Position numbers and translations under genes: made by a program. 64,000 nucleotides of DNA from Planctomycetota bacterium (GTDB lineage: Bacteria; Planctomycetota; UBA1135; UBA2386), in NCBI GenBank assembly GCA_965223545.1, contig OZ245006.1, positions 6,112,001 through 6,176,000 on the forward strand, given 5' to 3'. The notes beneath the pieces are model-generated. The model was given only the letters and a program-made list of their open reading frames with translations. It made no database searches and was not told the DNA's origin. The number at the start of each line of letters is the position of its first letter. Within the stretch, counting starts at the first letter, position 1. Of this stretch, positions 9,198 through 18,427 are shown in pieces.

Positions 9198-10397
9198 ATG
9201 CAGCGCGATATCGTGATTCTCGGCGGCGCCCGCACCCCCATGGCGGAGTACTCCGGTACTCCGGGGTTCGGGCTGTTCAAGGACTTGTCGGCCCTCGAGC
9301 TCGGTGGCATCGCCACCGCCGCCGCGCTGGAGCGCAGCGGCGTGGCGGCCGACCAGGTCGAGCAGGTGTTCTTCGGCAATGCCCTGCAGACGAGCAACGA
9401 CGCCATCTACGGCGCGCGTCACGTCGGGCTGAAGGCTGGCCTGCCGATCGAGGTGCCCGCCCTGACCGTCAATCGTCTGTGTGGTTCGGGGATCCAGTCG
9501 TCGGTGTCGGCCGCGCACGCGATGTTGGCGGGTGAGGCCGAAGTGTGCGTCGCGGGTGGTATGGAGAACATGAGCCAGGCGCCGCACGTCCTGCACGGTG
9601 CGCGCGAGGGGTTCCGGTTCGGCACCCAGCCGAAGCTCGAAGATCTGTTGTTCGCCGCCCTGCTGGATCCCTACTGCGGGTTCTTCATGGCGCAGACGGC
9701 GGAGAATGTGGCCAAGAAGTACGAGATCACGCGCGAGGCGCAGGACGAGTACGCGCTGCGCAGCCACCAGCTGGGTGCCGCGGCGGTGCAGGCGGGCAAG
9801 TTTGCCGCCGAGATCGTGCCGGTGACCGTGCAGCGAGGGCGCAAGGAGGTCGTTGTCGATCGCGACGATCACATCAAGCCCGAGACCACTCTCGAAGGAC
9901 TCGCCAAGCTGCGGCCGGCGTTCGGCAAGGAGGGTACGGTCACCGCCGGCAACGCCTCGGGCATCGTCGACGGCGCCGCCGCGTTGGTGTTGAGCACTGC
10001 CGAGAAGGCCGCCGCGATGGGGTGGCAGCCGCAGGCCAAGATTCGCTCGTGGGCGGTGGCCGGGGTGCCGCCGGAGATCATGGGCATCGGGCCGGTGCCG
10101 GCGATCCGCAAGGCGCTGGACGCCGCCAAGCTGCAGCTCGGCGACCTCGACGTGATCGAGATCAACGAGGCGTTCTCGGCCCAGTACCTCGGGTGTGAGC
10201 GCGACCTCGGCCTCGACCGCGACAAGGTCAACGTCAACGGCGGCGCGATCGCGCTCGGTCATCCCTTGGGGGCGACCGGTGCGCGGTTGCTGCTGACGCT
10301 CGTGCGCGAGCTGCGCGATCGCGATGCGCAGTTCGGCTGTGCCAGTGCCTGCATCGGCGGGGGCCAGGGCATCGCCATGATCTTGGAGCGCGTCTGA
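9198..10397 (+). CDS. Acetyl-CoA C-acyltransferase (thiolase)
   Basis: NRLCGSG, GGMENMSQAP, TAGNASGIVDGAAA, NEAF, GHPLGATG, CIGGGQG. Confidence 0.95.
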   Translation: MQRDIVILGGARTPMAEYSGTPGFGLFKDLSALELGGIATAAALERSGVAADQVEQVFFGNALQTSNDAIYGARHVGLKAGLPIEVPALTVNRLCGSGIQSSVSAAHAMLAGEAEVCVAGGMENMSQAPHVLHGAREGFRFGTQPKLEDLLFAALLDPYCGFFMAQTAENVAKKYEITREAQDEYALRSHQLGAAAVQAGKFAAEIVPVTVQRGRKEVVVDRDDHIKPETTLEGLAKLRPAFGKEGTVTAGNASGIVDGAAALVLSTAEKAAAMGWQPQAKIRSWAVAGVPPEIMGIGPVPAIRKALDAAKLQLGDLDVIEINEAFSAQYLGCERDLGLDRDKVNVNGGAIALGHPLGATGARLLLTLVRELRDRDAQFGCASACIGGGQGIAMILERV

Positions 10398-10416
10398 CGC
10401 CATTGGAGAAACGCTG

Positions 10417-12387
10417 ATGACCACCAAGCGCACGGCGGCCGCGATCCGCGGCCGCATCCTCTATCTGACCGAGGACCAGGCCAAGCTCGAGGCGCAGCTG
10501 TACGACGGCGCGCGGCTGGCGCACGATCCCGACGAGAAGCTGATCGACAACATCTCGACCGACGAGCTCACTCCCGGTTGGGTGTGCTACTACTACGACG
10601 AGACTCTGGCGCGCTACTGCCTGGTCGGGCTGCGCGGCGGGGTGGTCAAGAAGGACGCGATCCGGGACGGCGACTTCGGCGTCATCGTCAGCGGCATCTC
10701 CAAGGGCTGCGGCAGCAGTCGGGAGACCGCGCCCTTCTCCGAGCTCAAGGCCGGCGTGCAGCTGGTGATCGCCAAGAGCATCGAGAAGATCTACGGGCAG
10801 AACTGTCAGAACATCGGGCTTCTGACGTCGACCGACTTCGGTTTGATCGAGCGCATCGAGCGCGGCGAAGAGATCCCGATCGCCGAGTTCACCAAGGGGC
10901 TGGATCCGATCGCCACGGCGATCGTCGAGCACGGTGGCTTGTTCGCCTACAACAAGGCGAGATTGGCTGGCGACGTGGCGCCGCCGCACGTCGATACCGC
11001 GCCGCGTCCGATGACGCTGTGCGAGAAGATCATCGCGCGGCGCGCGATCGCCGATGCCGCGACCGGCGCGGAGGGCATTGCCGCGGTCAAGCCCGGGGAC
11101 GCGTTGTTCGTGCGCACCGACGTGCGCTTCAGCCACGAGTACGTGACGCCGATGGCGGAGTCGCTGTTTCGCATGGGGCTTGGTGACGAGGCTCGCATTC
11201 AGGACCCGGACTCGGTCTTCGCCTTCCGCGATCACCTGACCTTCCTCGATCGGGTGATGCCGCAGGCGCACATCGACATGGGGCTCAAGGAGCAAGCGCA
11301 AAGCTTGGCCACCGTGCAAGAGCGGTTCGTCAACAGCCAAGGCGTCAAGCTCTACGGTGAGGTGACGCGCAACGGTGCGCAGGCGGGGTCGGTCGGCATC
11401 TGCCACAACATCGTCATCGAAGACCTCGCCCTGCCGGGGCAGATCGTGCTCGGCACCGATTCGCACACCTGCATGGCGGGTGCGTTGGGCTGCTTCGCCT
11501 TCGGCGTTGGCTCCACCGACATGGCGAACGCTTGGTTCACCAAGGATGTGCGCGTGCGGGTGCCGCAGTCGGTGCGCGTCGAGCTCACCGGCGCGCTGCG
11601 CGACGGCGTCGCCGCCAAGGACGTGATGCTCCACTTGCTGAGCGATGAGTTCTTCAAGTCGGGCGCCGGCATCGGCGTCGTGCTCGAGTTCGGCGGTCGC
11701 GGTGCGCGCGCGCTGTCGCTCGACGAGCGGGCGACGTTGACCAACATGGCGGTCGAGGCCGGCAGCTTCACCGGCATCCTCGAGGCCGACGAAGTGGTGG
11801 TCGACTATCTGCAGCAGCAGCGCGGCGCCGACCCCGAGACCGTGCGCGCCGGCATCGTGCGCGCAGACGAGGGCGCGGAATACTGCAAGCGCTTCGACAT
11901 CGATCTGAGTGCGATCGAACCGATGGTCGCAACGCCAGGGGATCCGCGCAACGGCGTGCCGCTGCGCACGCTGGGCGAGCGCGTCGCAATCGACATCGCC
12001 TACGGCGGGTCGTGCACCGGTGGCAAGAAGGCGGACATGGACATGTATGCCTCGGTCGTGCGCCGCGCTCTGGATCGCAGCCGCGCGATTCCCGATGGCG
12101 TCCGCTGCTACATCCAGTTCGGCAGCCAGAAGATCCGCGATCACGCCGAGACGCACGGCTACATCCCCCTGTTCGAGGGTGCTGGCATCGAGCTGATCGA
12201 GCCGAGCTGCGGCGCCTGCATCAAGGCCGGCCCCGGCGTCTCCGACAAGCCCGAGCAGGTGACGGTCTCGGCGATCAACCGCAACTTCCCCGGCCGATCA
12301 GGGCCGGGCAAGGTGTACTTGGCGAGTCCGTTGGTGGTCGCCGCGTCGGCGTTCCTGGGCTACGTCGGCGGTCCCGAGGAGCTCTGA
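10417..12387 (+). CDS. Aconitase-family hydro-lyase, fused swivel (LeuD-like) plus 4Fe-4S (LeuC-like) domains
   Basis: N-terminal DNISTDE and GCGSSRE; then DH, GICH, GTDSHT, GSCTGG, CGAC, NRNFPGRSG, YLASP. Confidence 0.85.
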   Translation: MTTKRTAAAIRGRILYLTEDQAKLEAQLYDGARLAHDPDEKLIDNISTDELTPGWVCYYYDETLARYCLVGLRGGVVKKDAIRDGDFGVIVSGISKGCGSSRETAPFSELKAGVQLVIAKSIEKIYGQNCQNIGLLTSTDFGLIERIERGEEIPIAEFTKGLDPIATAIVEHGGLFAYNKARLAGDVAPPHVDTAPRPMTLCEKIIARRAIADAATGAEGIAAVKPGDALFVRTDVRFSHEYVTPMAESLFRMGLGDEARIQDPDSVFAFRDHLTFLDRVMPQAHIDMGLKEQAQSLATVQERFVNSQGVKLYGEVTRNGAQAGSVGICHNIVIEDLALPGQIVLGTDSHTCMAGALGCFAFGVGSTDMANAWFTKDVRVRVPQSVRVELTGALRDGVAAKDVMLHLLSDEFFKSGAGIGVVLEFGGRGARALSLDERATLTNMAVEAGSFTGILEADEVVVDYLQQQRGADPETVRAGIVRADEGAEYCKRFDIDLSAIEPMVATPGDPRNGVPLRTLGERVAIDIAYGGSCTGGKKADMDMYASVVRRALDRSRAIPDGVRCYIQFGSQKIRDHAETHGYIPLFEGAGIELIEPSCGACIKAGPGVSDKPEQVTVSAINRNFPGRSGPGKVYLASPLVVAASAFLGYVGGPEEL

Positions 12388-12409
12388 GCAGGAGCGTCCG
12401 CGCGGTCCT

Positions 12410-14859
12410 ATGATGGGCCGCATGGTGTTGAGTGCGTTGCCGCCGTCTGGCCGCGGCCGAGCCGGATCACTGGGGCAGGCGCTGCTGCTCGCCTCGATCG
12501 TTGGTTCCGCACCGGGACAAGAGAGTGCGCAGCAGCCCGCGACCGTGTCGTTGGTGGGGACCGTTGTCGACGAAGGCGGTGAACCCGTCGCTGGCGCCCA
12601 GGTGCGGCACGGACTTCGCCGAGAGTTTCGCACCGGCGTGGCGTTGCCGGCGGTGGTGGCGACCACCGACGCGAAGGGGCATTTTGTGGCGACCGTGCCG
12701 GCGGGGCCCGACGATCAGATGTCGCGCGTGCTGATTGCGGCCGAGGGCCGCGCCTCGTGGAGCCTGGAGCTGCTCCCGTCTCTGACGATGAGGCGGCAAG
12801 GGCATTCGCTGGATCTTCCCTCTGTGGTGTTGCCCCCCGGCTTCCGCCTCGCGGGGCGCGTACGCAATTCCGATGGGGAACCGGTCGCGGGCGCGCGGGT
12901 GATTGCGCGCGACCTGCTCGCCGGGCATGGCCTCCAGGGCTGTTGGTCTGTGGCGCGCACCGAGGGCGATGGGACGTTCGTGCTTGAGGGGGCGTGCGCC
13001 GATCGCATGGAGATCACCGTCGACGCCGCGGGCTTCTATCGTTGGGCGCGGCGGCCGATGGGAATCGGCGATCCGCTGGATCTGACGCTGTCCCGTGGTG
13101 GTGTCGTTCGCGGAACGCTGCGCGGTCGTGACGGCGAGCCGGTCGCAGGCCGAGTGGTGGTCCGTTACGAGGTCACCGGCTCCCTCCGCATGCCGCAGGA
13201 GATCGAAGTCCCTGCGAGCGGTGAGTTCGCGTTCAACGTCCAATACCCGTGCCGCTTTCGCGCCGTCGGGCTGCCGGAAGCCGGCGGTGAAGTCGCTGGA
13301 CCGATCTTGGACGGGCCCGTCCCGGAGCTGGGTTGCGGCTCGGCGCGGATGACGACTCGAGGCTCGCAGTGCAGGTCGTTGACGGCGACACCGGCGGGCT
13401 TCTGTCCTCGGCGCGGGCCATCGCCGGTTGGGGCCGGTGGGTCAGCGGTGAAACGCTCGACTGGATGTTCGACTCGCACGCGGTCCGCGGCGAGGCAGGG
13501 GTGGTGTTCGTCACCGGGCCCTCGGGTGGTGAGGGCGCGACGGGCGCGATTCTCGCCGGCGCGGATGGCTACGCGAGCAAGCTGGTAGAGGGAGTTGCTT
13601 GGCCGCAGGGCGATGCGCCGATCCGCATCGAGCTTGCGCGGGGCTCGGTGCTGCGCGGCGCCGTGCGGGACGTGGGCGGAGGAGGTGTCGCCGGTGTGCT
13701 GGTGACTCTGGCCTTGGGTGATTCGATGACCGGTTTGCCACGCGGCTGGCAACTGACCGGGTCGGTCGGCGAGTTCCAGTTTGATGGGTTGGCAGAGGGG
13801 GCGTACAAGCTGTACGCCGGCGCACCGTTCGCTGGTGTGGGCGGGATGCGCACGGTGGCACTGGGCGCGGGCGAGGAGCGCACCGAGGATATCGAGCTTC
13901 CGACCTTGGGAGAACTCGCCTGCACGATCCGAGGCCTGGGTGGCCTTCGGGGGGCTTCGGTGCTGGCTCAGCTCGACCTCCGGCAGCCGGTTGGACCGGC
14001 GTCGATGATGATGGCGAGCTTGGCCCGCTGGCTGAGTGAGTTCCCAGTCGGCGTCGACGGTCAGTTCGTAATGCCATTGCACCAGGAAGGTCGCTACCGG
14101 ATGAATCTGATGTTCGGTGCGGCGCCGCGCACGGGTGCTCCGCCGAGCATCCTGCTGGGAACCGTCACCACCGACGCGGAGCGATCCCCGGTGGTCTTCG
14201 ACGGTGCCCGCCTGGGTCGCGTGCACGGACGCGTCACGATCGAGGGGGCTGCGGTGCCGAGCGCCCGTTTGGTCGCACAGGCTCGTGCCGCGATCCAAGA
14301 GAGACCCGGCGATGGCACTCGCCCGGAAGGCGAGCTGCGATGGGCTGCGATCGAACCCGATGGTTCTTTCGAGCTCGAACTCGCACCCGGGCGGTTCCTG
14401 CTCGATCTGGTCGATGTCGGCACCGGTGTCATCCTGGGGTCGAGCCGGGTGATCAAGGTCCACTCCGGGCAACGCACCGAGGTCGAGCTCGAAGCCGCAG
14501 TGACGGAGCTGCACGTGAATCTCGTCCCGCCCGAAGGCGGTCGCCTCATCGCCGATCGGTTGGATGTCCAAACCGAGCGGCAGAAAGCGATCCTCGAGGC
14601 CCTGCGTTATCGCTCCCCCTTCGGCACCGCCTACGGCAGCCCCGGAGTCGACCTCGCCGACGGCGCCCCCCGACATCGAATCTACGTCCCCCCCGGACCC
14701 GTCCGCCTCCGACTCCAACCCGGCTCCTCCTCCCTCGGCGCCGGAGCCTACACAACGACGCTGCCCACCAATCTCGGCAGCATCGACCTCATCGCCCTCC
14801 CCGACTCACGCCAAACGATCGAGATCCAAGCACAGCCGCCACCAAAACTCGACGGCTGA
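12410..14859 (+). pseudogene. Secreted carboxypeptidase-regulatory-like repeat protein, frameshifted near 13330
   Basis: Signal peptide and repeated GxVxDxxGxPVAGAxV motifs in the 12410 frame; the same repeat type continues in a different frame from about 13333 to the stop at 14859. Confidence 0.65.
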
Positions 14860-14867
14860 CCCATCGC

Positions 14868-15087
14868 GCTCCCTCGGCCTCTGGATCGAGAGCTGGCGGG
14901 GCCGCCCGCAGCTCCATCACCATCAGCGCCGGTCCAAGACGAGGCACAGGGTGCGACCGACGCCGATGGTGACGGAGCTGCGGGCGGCGGTCCCGGTTCG
15001 TGGTGCGTGGATGTGCGGCCTGGATTGAAGGTCGCTGAATCAAGAGAGCGGGTTTCGTCCCGGAGTGGTGCGCACTCGCCTCAGCTC
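14868..15087. repeat. 220-bp direct repeat, copy 1, containing a long REP-like hairpin (14901-14988)
   Basis: Matches 17256-17475 with 4 mismatches by manual alignment. Hairpin arms gccgcccgcagctcc..tcaccatc / gatggtga..ggagctgcgggcggc. Confidence 0.9.
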
Positions 15088-15147
15088 CGTCACCGTCGGC
15101 GGCGGTCGCACCCCGTGCCTCGTCTTGGACCGCTGTCGTCGGTGATG
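15075..15147. repeat. Inverted third copy of the REP-like hairpin, interrupted by the intron (remainder at 17182-17194)
   Basis: Close to the reverse complement of the core of the 14901-14988 hairpin. Joining 15147 to 17182 restores ctcgcctca...tgaggcgag pairing. Confidence 0.85.
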
Positions 15148-17181
15148 TTGCGCCTGGCATGGGCGCAGAGTTGAAGATGAAAGTTCTTTATGGATCCGTA
15201 CTGGAGGAAACCATGAGTCGAAGGCAGCTGCACGAGGCAGAAAGGGGAGCCGTGTGCCGTCCGAGAGGGCGGTGCGCGGTGTTGATCCGGGATGCCAGGA
15301 CAGGACGGACACCGTGCCGTGCTGTTCCCGCGAGGTCGTGTGGGATGGAAGCCCTAGACGCAGCGCAGCACCGAGCGAAAGCGAAGTTCCGTAAGGCTCT
15401 CGAGGTCTGGGTCAGCGTGCCATCCAACGTGACGCCCGATATCCAGTCGCGACCTCGGAGTACTGGAACCGGCGGCGGCGCGAAACTCTGCGTTCTTACC
15501 CAGGGAGATCTCTGTGTGTCCGCTTCGAGCGGTAGGTGGGGAGGAGGCAACGACGACCCACCAAGGCATGCAGAGAAGTCGGATCACCCCGTAGTAGTGA
15601 TGAAGCCGGGTAATGCCGGTGGAGCGAAGGGGGTGACAGGATGAGAAAGCCGAAACCACGGCAACTGCAGTTCGCTTTCGCCGAGAGCCCGCAAGGGGAC
15701 GGCGTGGCCGGAAGGGCAGACGAATCTGCCACGAAGTCCACGTCGGTGCCTACGACGGATTGCAGCCATCGATCGGAATCGGCTCCACCGCCAGCGGACG
15801 GCTACTGCCATCTGCTGGAGCTGGTCGCGGAGCAGGGCAACCTGCGAAGCGCACTGGCACATGTCGTAAGCAAGAAGGGCGCCCCGGGCGTCGACGGACA
15901 GACGGTGTCAGAGGTTAAGCGTCATGCGAAACACCTGCTCCCGAAACTCCGCGATGCTCTGCTCATGGAGACCTACGCGCCCGGCGATATTCGTCGGGTG
16001 TGGATCCCGAAGCCCAGTGGTGGGCAGCGGGGTCTCGGGATTCCAACCGTGATCGACCGCTGGGTCCAACAGGCCGTGCGCCAGATTCTGGAGCCGATCT
16101 ACGACCCGACGTTCCACGACAGCAGCCACGGCTTCCGGCCGAGGCGGGGAGCCCACACAGCGATCGCCGAAGCAGCGGGTTACGTGAAGCAGGGTCGGCG
16201 GTACACGGTGGACATCGATTTGGAGAAGTTCTTCGACCGTGTCCATCACCAACGCCTCCTGGACCGGCTGGCTCAGAAGGTGAAGGACCGTCGGGTGCTG
16301 CGGATCATCCGCCTGATGCTGAAAGCGAACGTAGTTCTTCCAGATGGCACCCGCGTCGTCACGGAAGAAGGAACGCCCCAGGGCGGCCCGCTATCACCTC
16401 TGCTGTCCAACATCGTCCTGGACGAATTGGACTGGGAGTTGGAACGACGCGGGTTGCGTTTTGTGCGCTACGCCGACGACTGCAATATCTACGTCGGTAG
16501 CGAGCGCTCAGGACACCGGGTCATGGCTTCGATTCGCAGGTTCATCGAACGTCGCGTGCGACTGAAAGTGAACGAAGCGAAGAGTTCCGTCGACCTGGCC
16601 CATCGCCGGCACTTCCTCGGGTTTCGCGTAGGCGCAACTCGAAAGGGCTGGCTGACGGTGCAGTTGTCCCGTCGCACTCTGGATCGCATCGACGCCCGAA
16701 TCCGTGAGCTTACGCCGCGGTCCTGGGGTGGTCGGATGTCCTGGTGCATCGAACGACTGAACCGTTACCTCCGTGGTTGGATCGGCTACTTCCAGCTGAT
16801 CACGAAGGCCGCGTGGCGGACCTTGCGGAATCTCGATGGCCATATTCGACGACGCCTGCGGGCGATCATCATTCGGCAGAAGAAGAGACCGCGATACCTC
16901 TTCCGAGACCTTGTCGCCCGTGGGTGCAGCTGGCAGTCGGCTGCACGCACCGCGTTTGGCCGGCGTGGCACGTGGTGGCAGAGCAACTCGGGAGCGATCA
17001 AACGCGCTTATCCCAATCAGTGGTTTGCTGAGCGGCTGGTGTCGCTCTCCAAGCTCTGGGACGAGCGCCGCTACGACTGGCGGCCCCCTTTGGGGGATAC
17101 CGTCCTGAAGAGCCGGATGTGTGACCCACAAGTCCGGTTCTGTGAGAGCTGCGGGGGGGCAACCCCCCGCGGCTACTCGGC
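15148..17181 (+). mobile_element. Group II intron, IIC-like
   Basis: 5' TTGCGCCTGGCATGGGCGCAG resembles IIC 5' ends; short domain V GAGCCGGATGTG-TGACC-CACAAGTCCGGTTC (17110-17140); domain VI hairpin with bulged A at 17175; encodes an RT/maturase. Confidence 0.88.
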
Positions 17182-17188
17182 GTGGTGA
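15641..17188 (+). CDS. ltrA: Group II intron reverse transcriptase/maturase, no endonuclease domain
   Basis: GAPGVDG, IPKPSGGQRGLGIP, HGFRP, DIDLEKFFD, GTPQGGPLSPLLSNI, RYADD, FLGF, thumb-domain LRGWIGYF. Confidence 0.95.
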   Translation: MRKPKPRQLQFAFAESPQGDGVAGRADESATKSTSVPTTDCSHRSESAPPPADGYCHLLELVAEQGNLRSALAHVVSKKGAPGVDGQTVSEVKRHAKHLLPKLRDALLMETYAPGDIRRVWIPKPSGGQRGLGIPTVIDRWVQQAVRQILEPIYDPTFHDSSHGFRPRRGAHTAIAEAAGYVKQGRRYTVDIDLEKFFDRVHHQRLLDRLAQKVKDRRVLRIIRLMLKANVVLPDGTRVVTEEGTPQGGPLSPLLSNIVLDELDWELERRGLRFVRYADDCNIYVGSERSGHRVMASIRRFIERRVRLKVNEAKSSVDLAHRRHFLGFRVGATRKGWLTVQLSRRTLDRIDARIRELTPRSWGGRMSWCIERLNRYLRGWIGYFQLITKAAWRTLRNLDGHIRRRLRAIIIRQKKRPRYLFRDLVARGCSWQSAARTAFGRRGTWWQSNSGAIKRAYPNQWFAERLVSLSKLWDERRYDWRPPLGDTVLKSRMCDPQVRFCESCGGATPRGYSAW

Positions 17189-17255
17189 GGCGAGCCTTCA
17201 GCTCTGGAGCTGGAGGTTGGTGGGAGCCGTTGAGCCCGGGGGATGCGTAGGGCGT

Positions 17256-17475
17256 GCTCCCTCGGCCTCTGGATCGAGAGCTAGCGGGGCCGCCCGCAGC
17301 TCCATCACCATCAGCGCCGGTCCAAGACGAGGCACAGGGTGCGACCGACGCCGATGGTGACGGAGCTGCGGGCGGCGGTCCCGGTTCGTGGTGCGTGGAT
17401 GTGCGGCCTGGAGTGAAGATCGCTGAATCAAGAGAGCGGGTTTCGTCACGGAGTGGTGCGCACTCGCCTCAGCTC
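17256..17475. repeat. 220-bp direct repeat, copy 2, with REP-like hairpin (17289-17376)
   Basis: Near-identical to 14868-15087; ends about 110 bp upstream of the RAYT-like gene. Confidence 0.9.
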
Positions 17476-17587
17476 TGGAGTCGAGATTGTTGGGAGCAGG
17501 GTAGCGTGCGATTCGCCGGCCGCTTTCGCAGATTCCTTGTCGGATTCTTGCATGTTGACTCCCTCTTTAGTAAGGTCGCTAATTCAA

Positions 17588-18286
17588 ATGACGAGCAAGG
17601 CAGTTCGATCCCGGCGCGGTGGACGGCGCCGTGGGGTGGTGCAGGGTGAGCTGCCGTTTCGGCAGTGGGGTGGGGCTCGGGAGGGGGCTGGGCGGCCAAA
17701 GGTGAGTGATGAGACGGTGCCGCACTTGGCGCGGGGGGCGTTGGTGGCGCGGTATCCGTTGCACTTGACGGTGCGGTTGTGTCGGGGGTTGCCGGGCTTA
17801 CGGAATGCGCGGACGTACTGGATGTTGGTGGAGCGGATCCGGGCGGGGTGTGGGCGGTTCGGGTTTCGGTTGGTGGAGTTCTCGGTGCAGCGCGATCACT
17901 TGCACCTTCTGGTCGAGGCGAAGGACCGGGAGGCGTTGACGCGGGGGATGACCGGGCTGTTGGTGCGGATGGCGCGGGGGTTGAACAAGCTGTGGGGGCG
18001 CTCGGGGCGGGTGTTTGCCGAGCGGTTTCACGAGCGGGTGCTGCGCTCGCCGACGGAGGTGCGGCGGGCGTTGGTGTATGTGCTGCAGAATGCTTGGCAC
18101 CACCGGCAGCGGCCGCGGCAGCTGATCGACGTCTACTCGTCGGGGCCCTGGTTCGACGGGTGGCGCGAGGGGGTGGAGCTGTCGGAGCCGGTGGCGCGGC
18201 CGACGGTGCGGGCGCGGACTTGGCTGCTGAAGGGCGGGTGGCGGCGGTCGCGGGGGCGGTTGGACTTCCGCGAGCGGCCGGCGTAG
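17588..18286 (+). CDS. REP-associated tyrosine transposase (RAYT / Y1_Tnp HUH family)
   Basis: HLTVR, FSVQRDHLHLLVE (HUH), VFAERFHERVL, catalytic Tyr in ALVYVLQN, YSSG; adjacent palindromic repeats. Confidence 0.85.
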   Translation: MTSKAVRSRRGGRRRGVVQGELPFRQWGGAREGAGRPKVSDETVPHLARGALVARYPLHLTVRLCRGLPGLRNARTYWMLVERIRAGCGRFGFRLVEFSVQRDHLHLLVEAKDREALTRGMTGLLVRMARGLNKLWGRSGRVFAERFHERVLRSPTEVRRALVYVLQNAWHHRQRPRQLIDVYSSGPWFDGWREGVELSEPVARPTVRARTWLLKGGWRRSRGRLDFRERPA

Positions 18287-18427
18287 CAGCGGAGTTGAGG
18301 CCACCCCTGCGAAGGGATTCTGTGGGGCGCAAATGGGAGTGGGCCGGAGAATCCTGCGAGGTCGTTGAACCGGTTTGTTGCGTTGCGGGCAGGAGTTGGT
18401 GGGGTGCCGATGAGAAAGGGGTAGGGC

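Noticed and set aside
15641..17188. RT as a diversity-generating retroelement acting on the two FGE-sulfatase-domain genes (1891-4266, 26466-28178)
   Set aside because: The RT has group II signatures (PQGGPLSP, YADD, maturase thumb) and flanking domains V and VI. I found no template repeat matching either FGE gene's 3' end with adenine-specific mismatches.
14868..17475. Repeats as a CRISPR array, or as target-site duplications/LTRs of the RT element
   Set aside because: There are only two or three long palindromic units with no unique spacers and no cas genes. The 220-bp copies do not abut the intron ends, and group II introns do not create target duplications.
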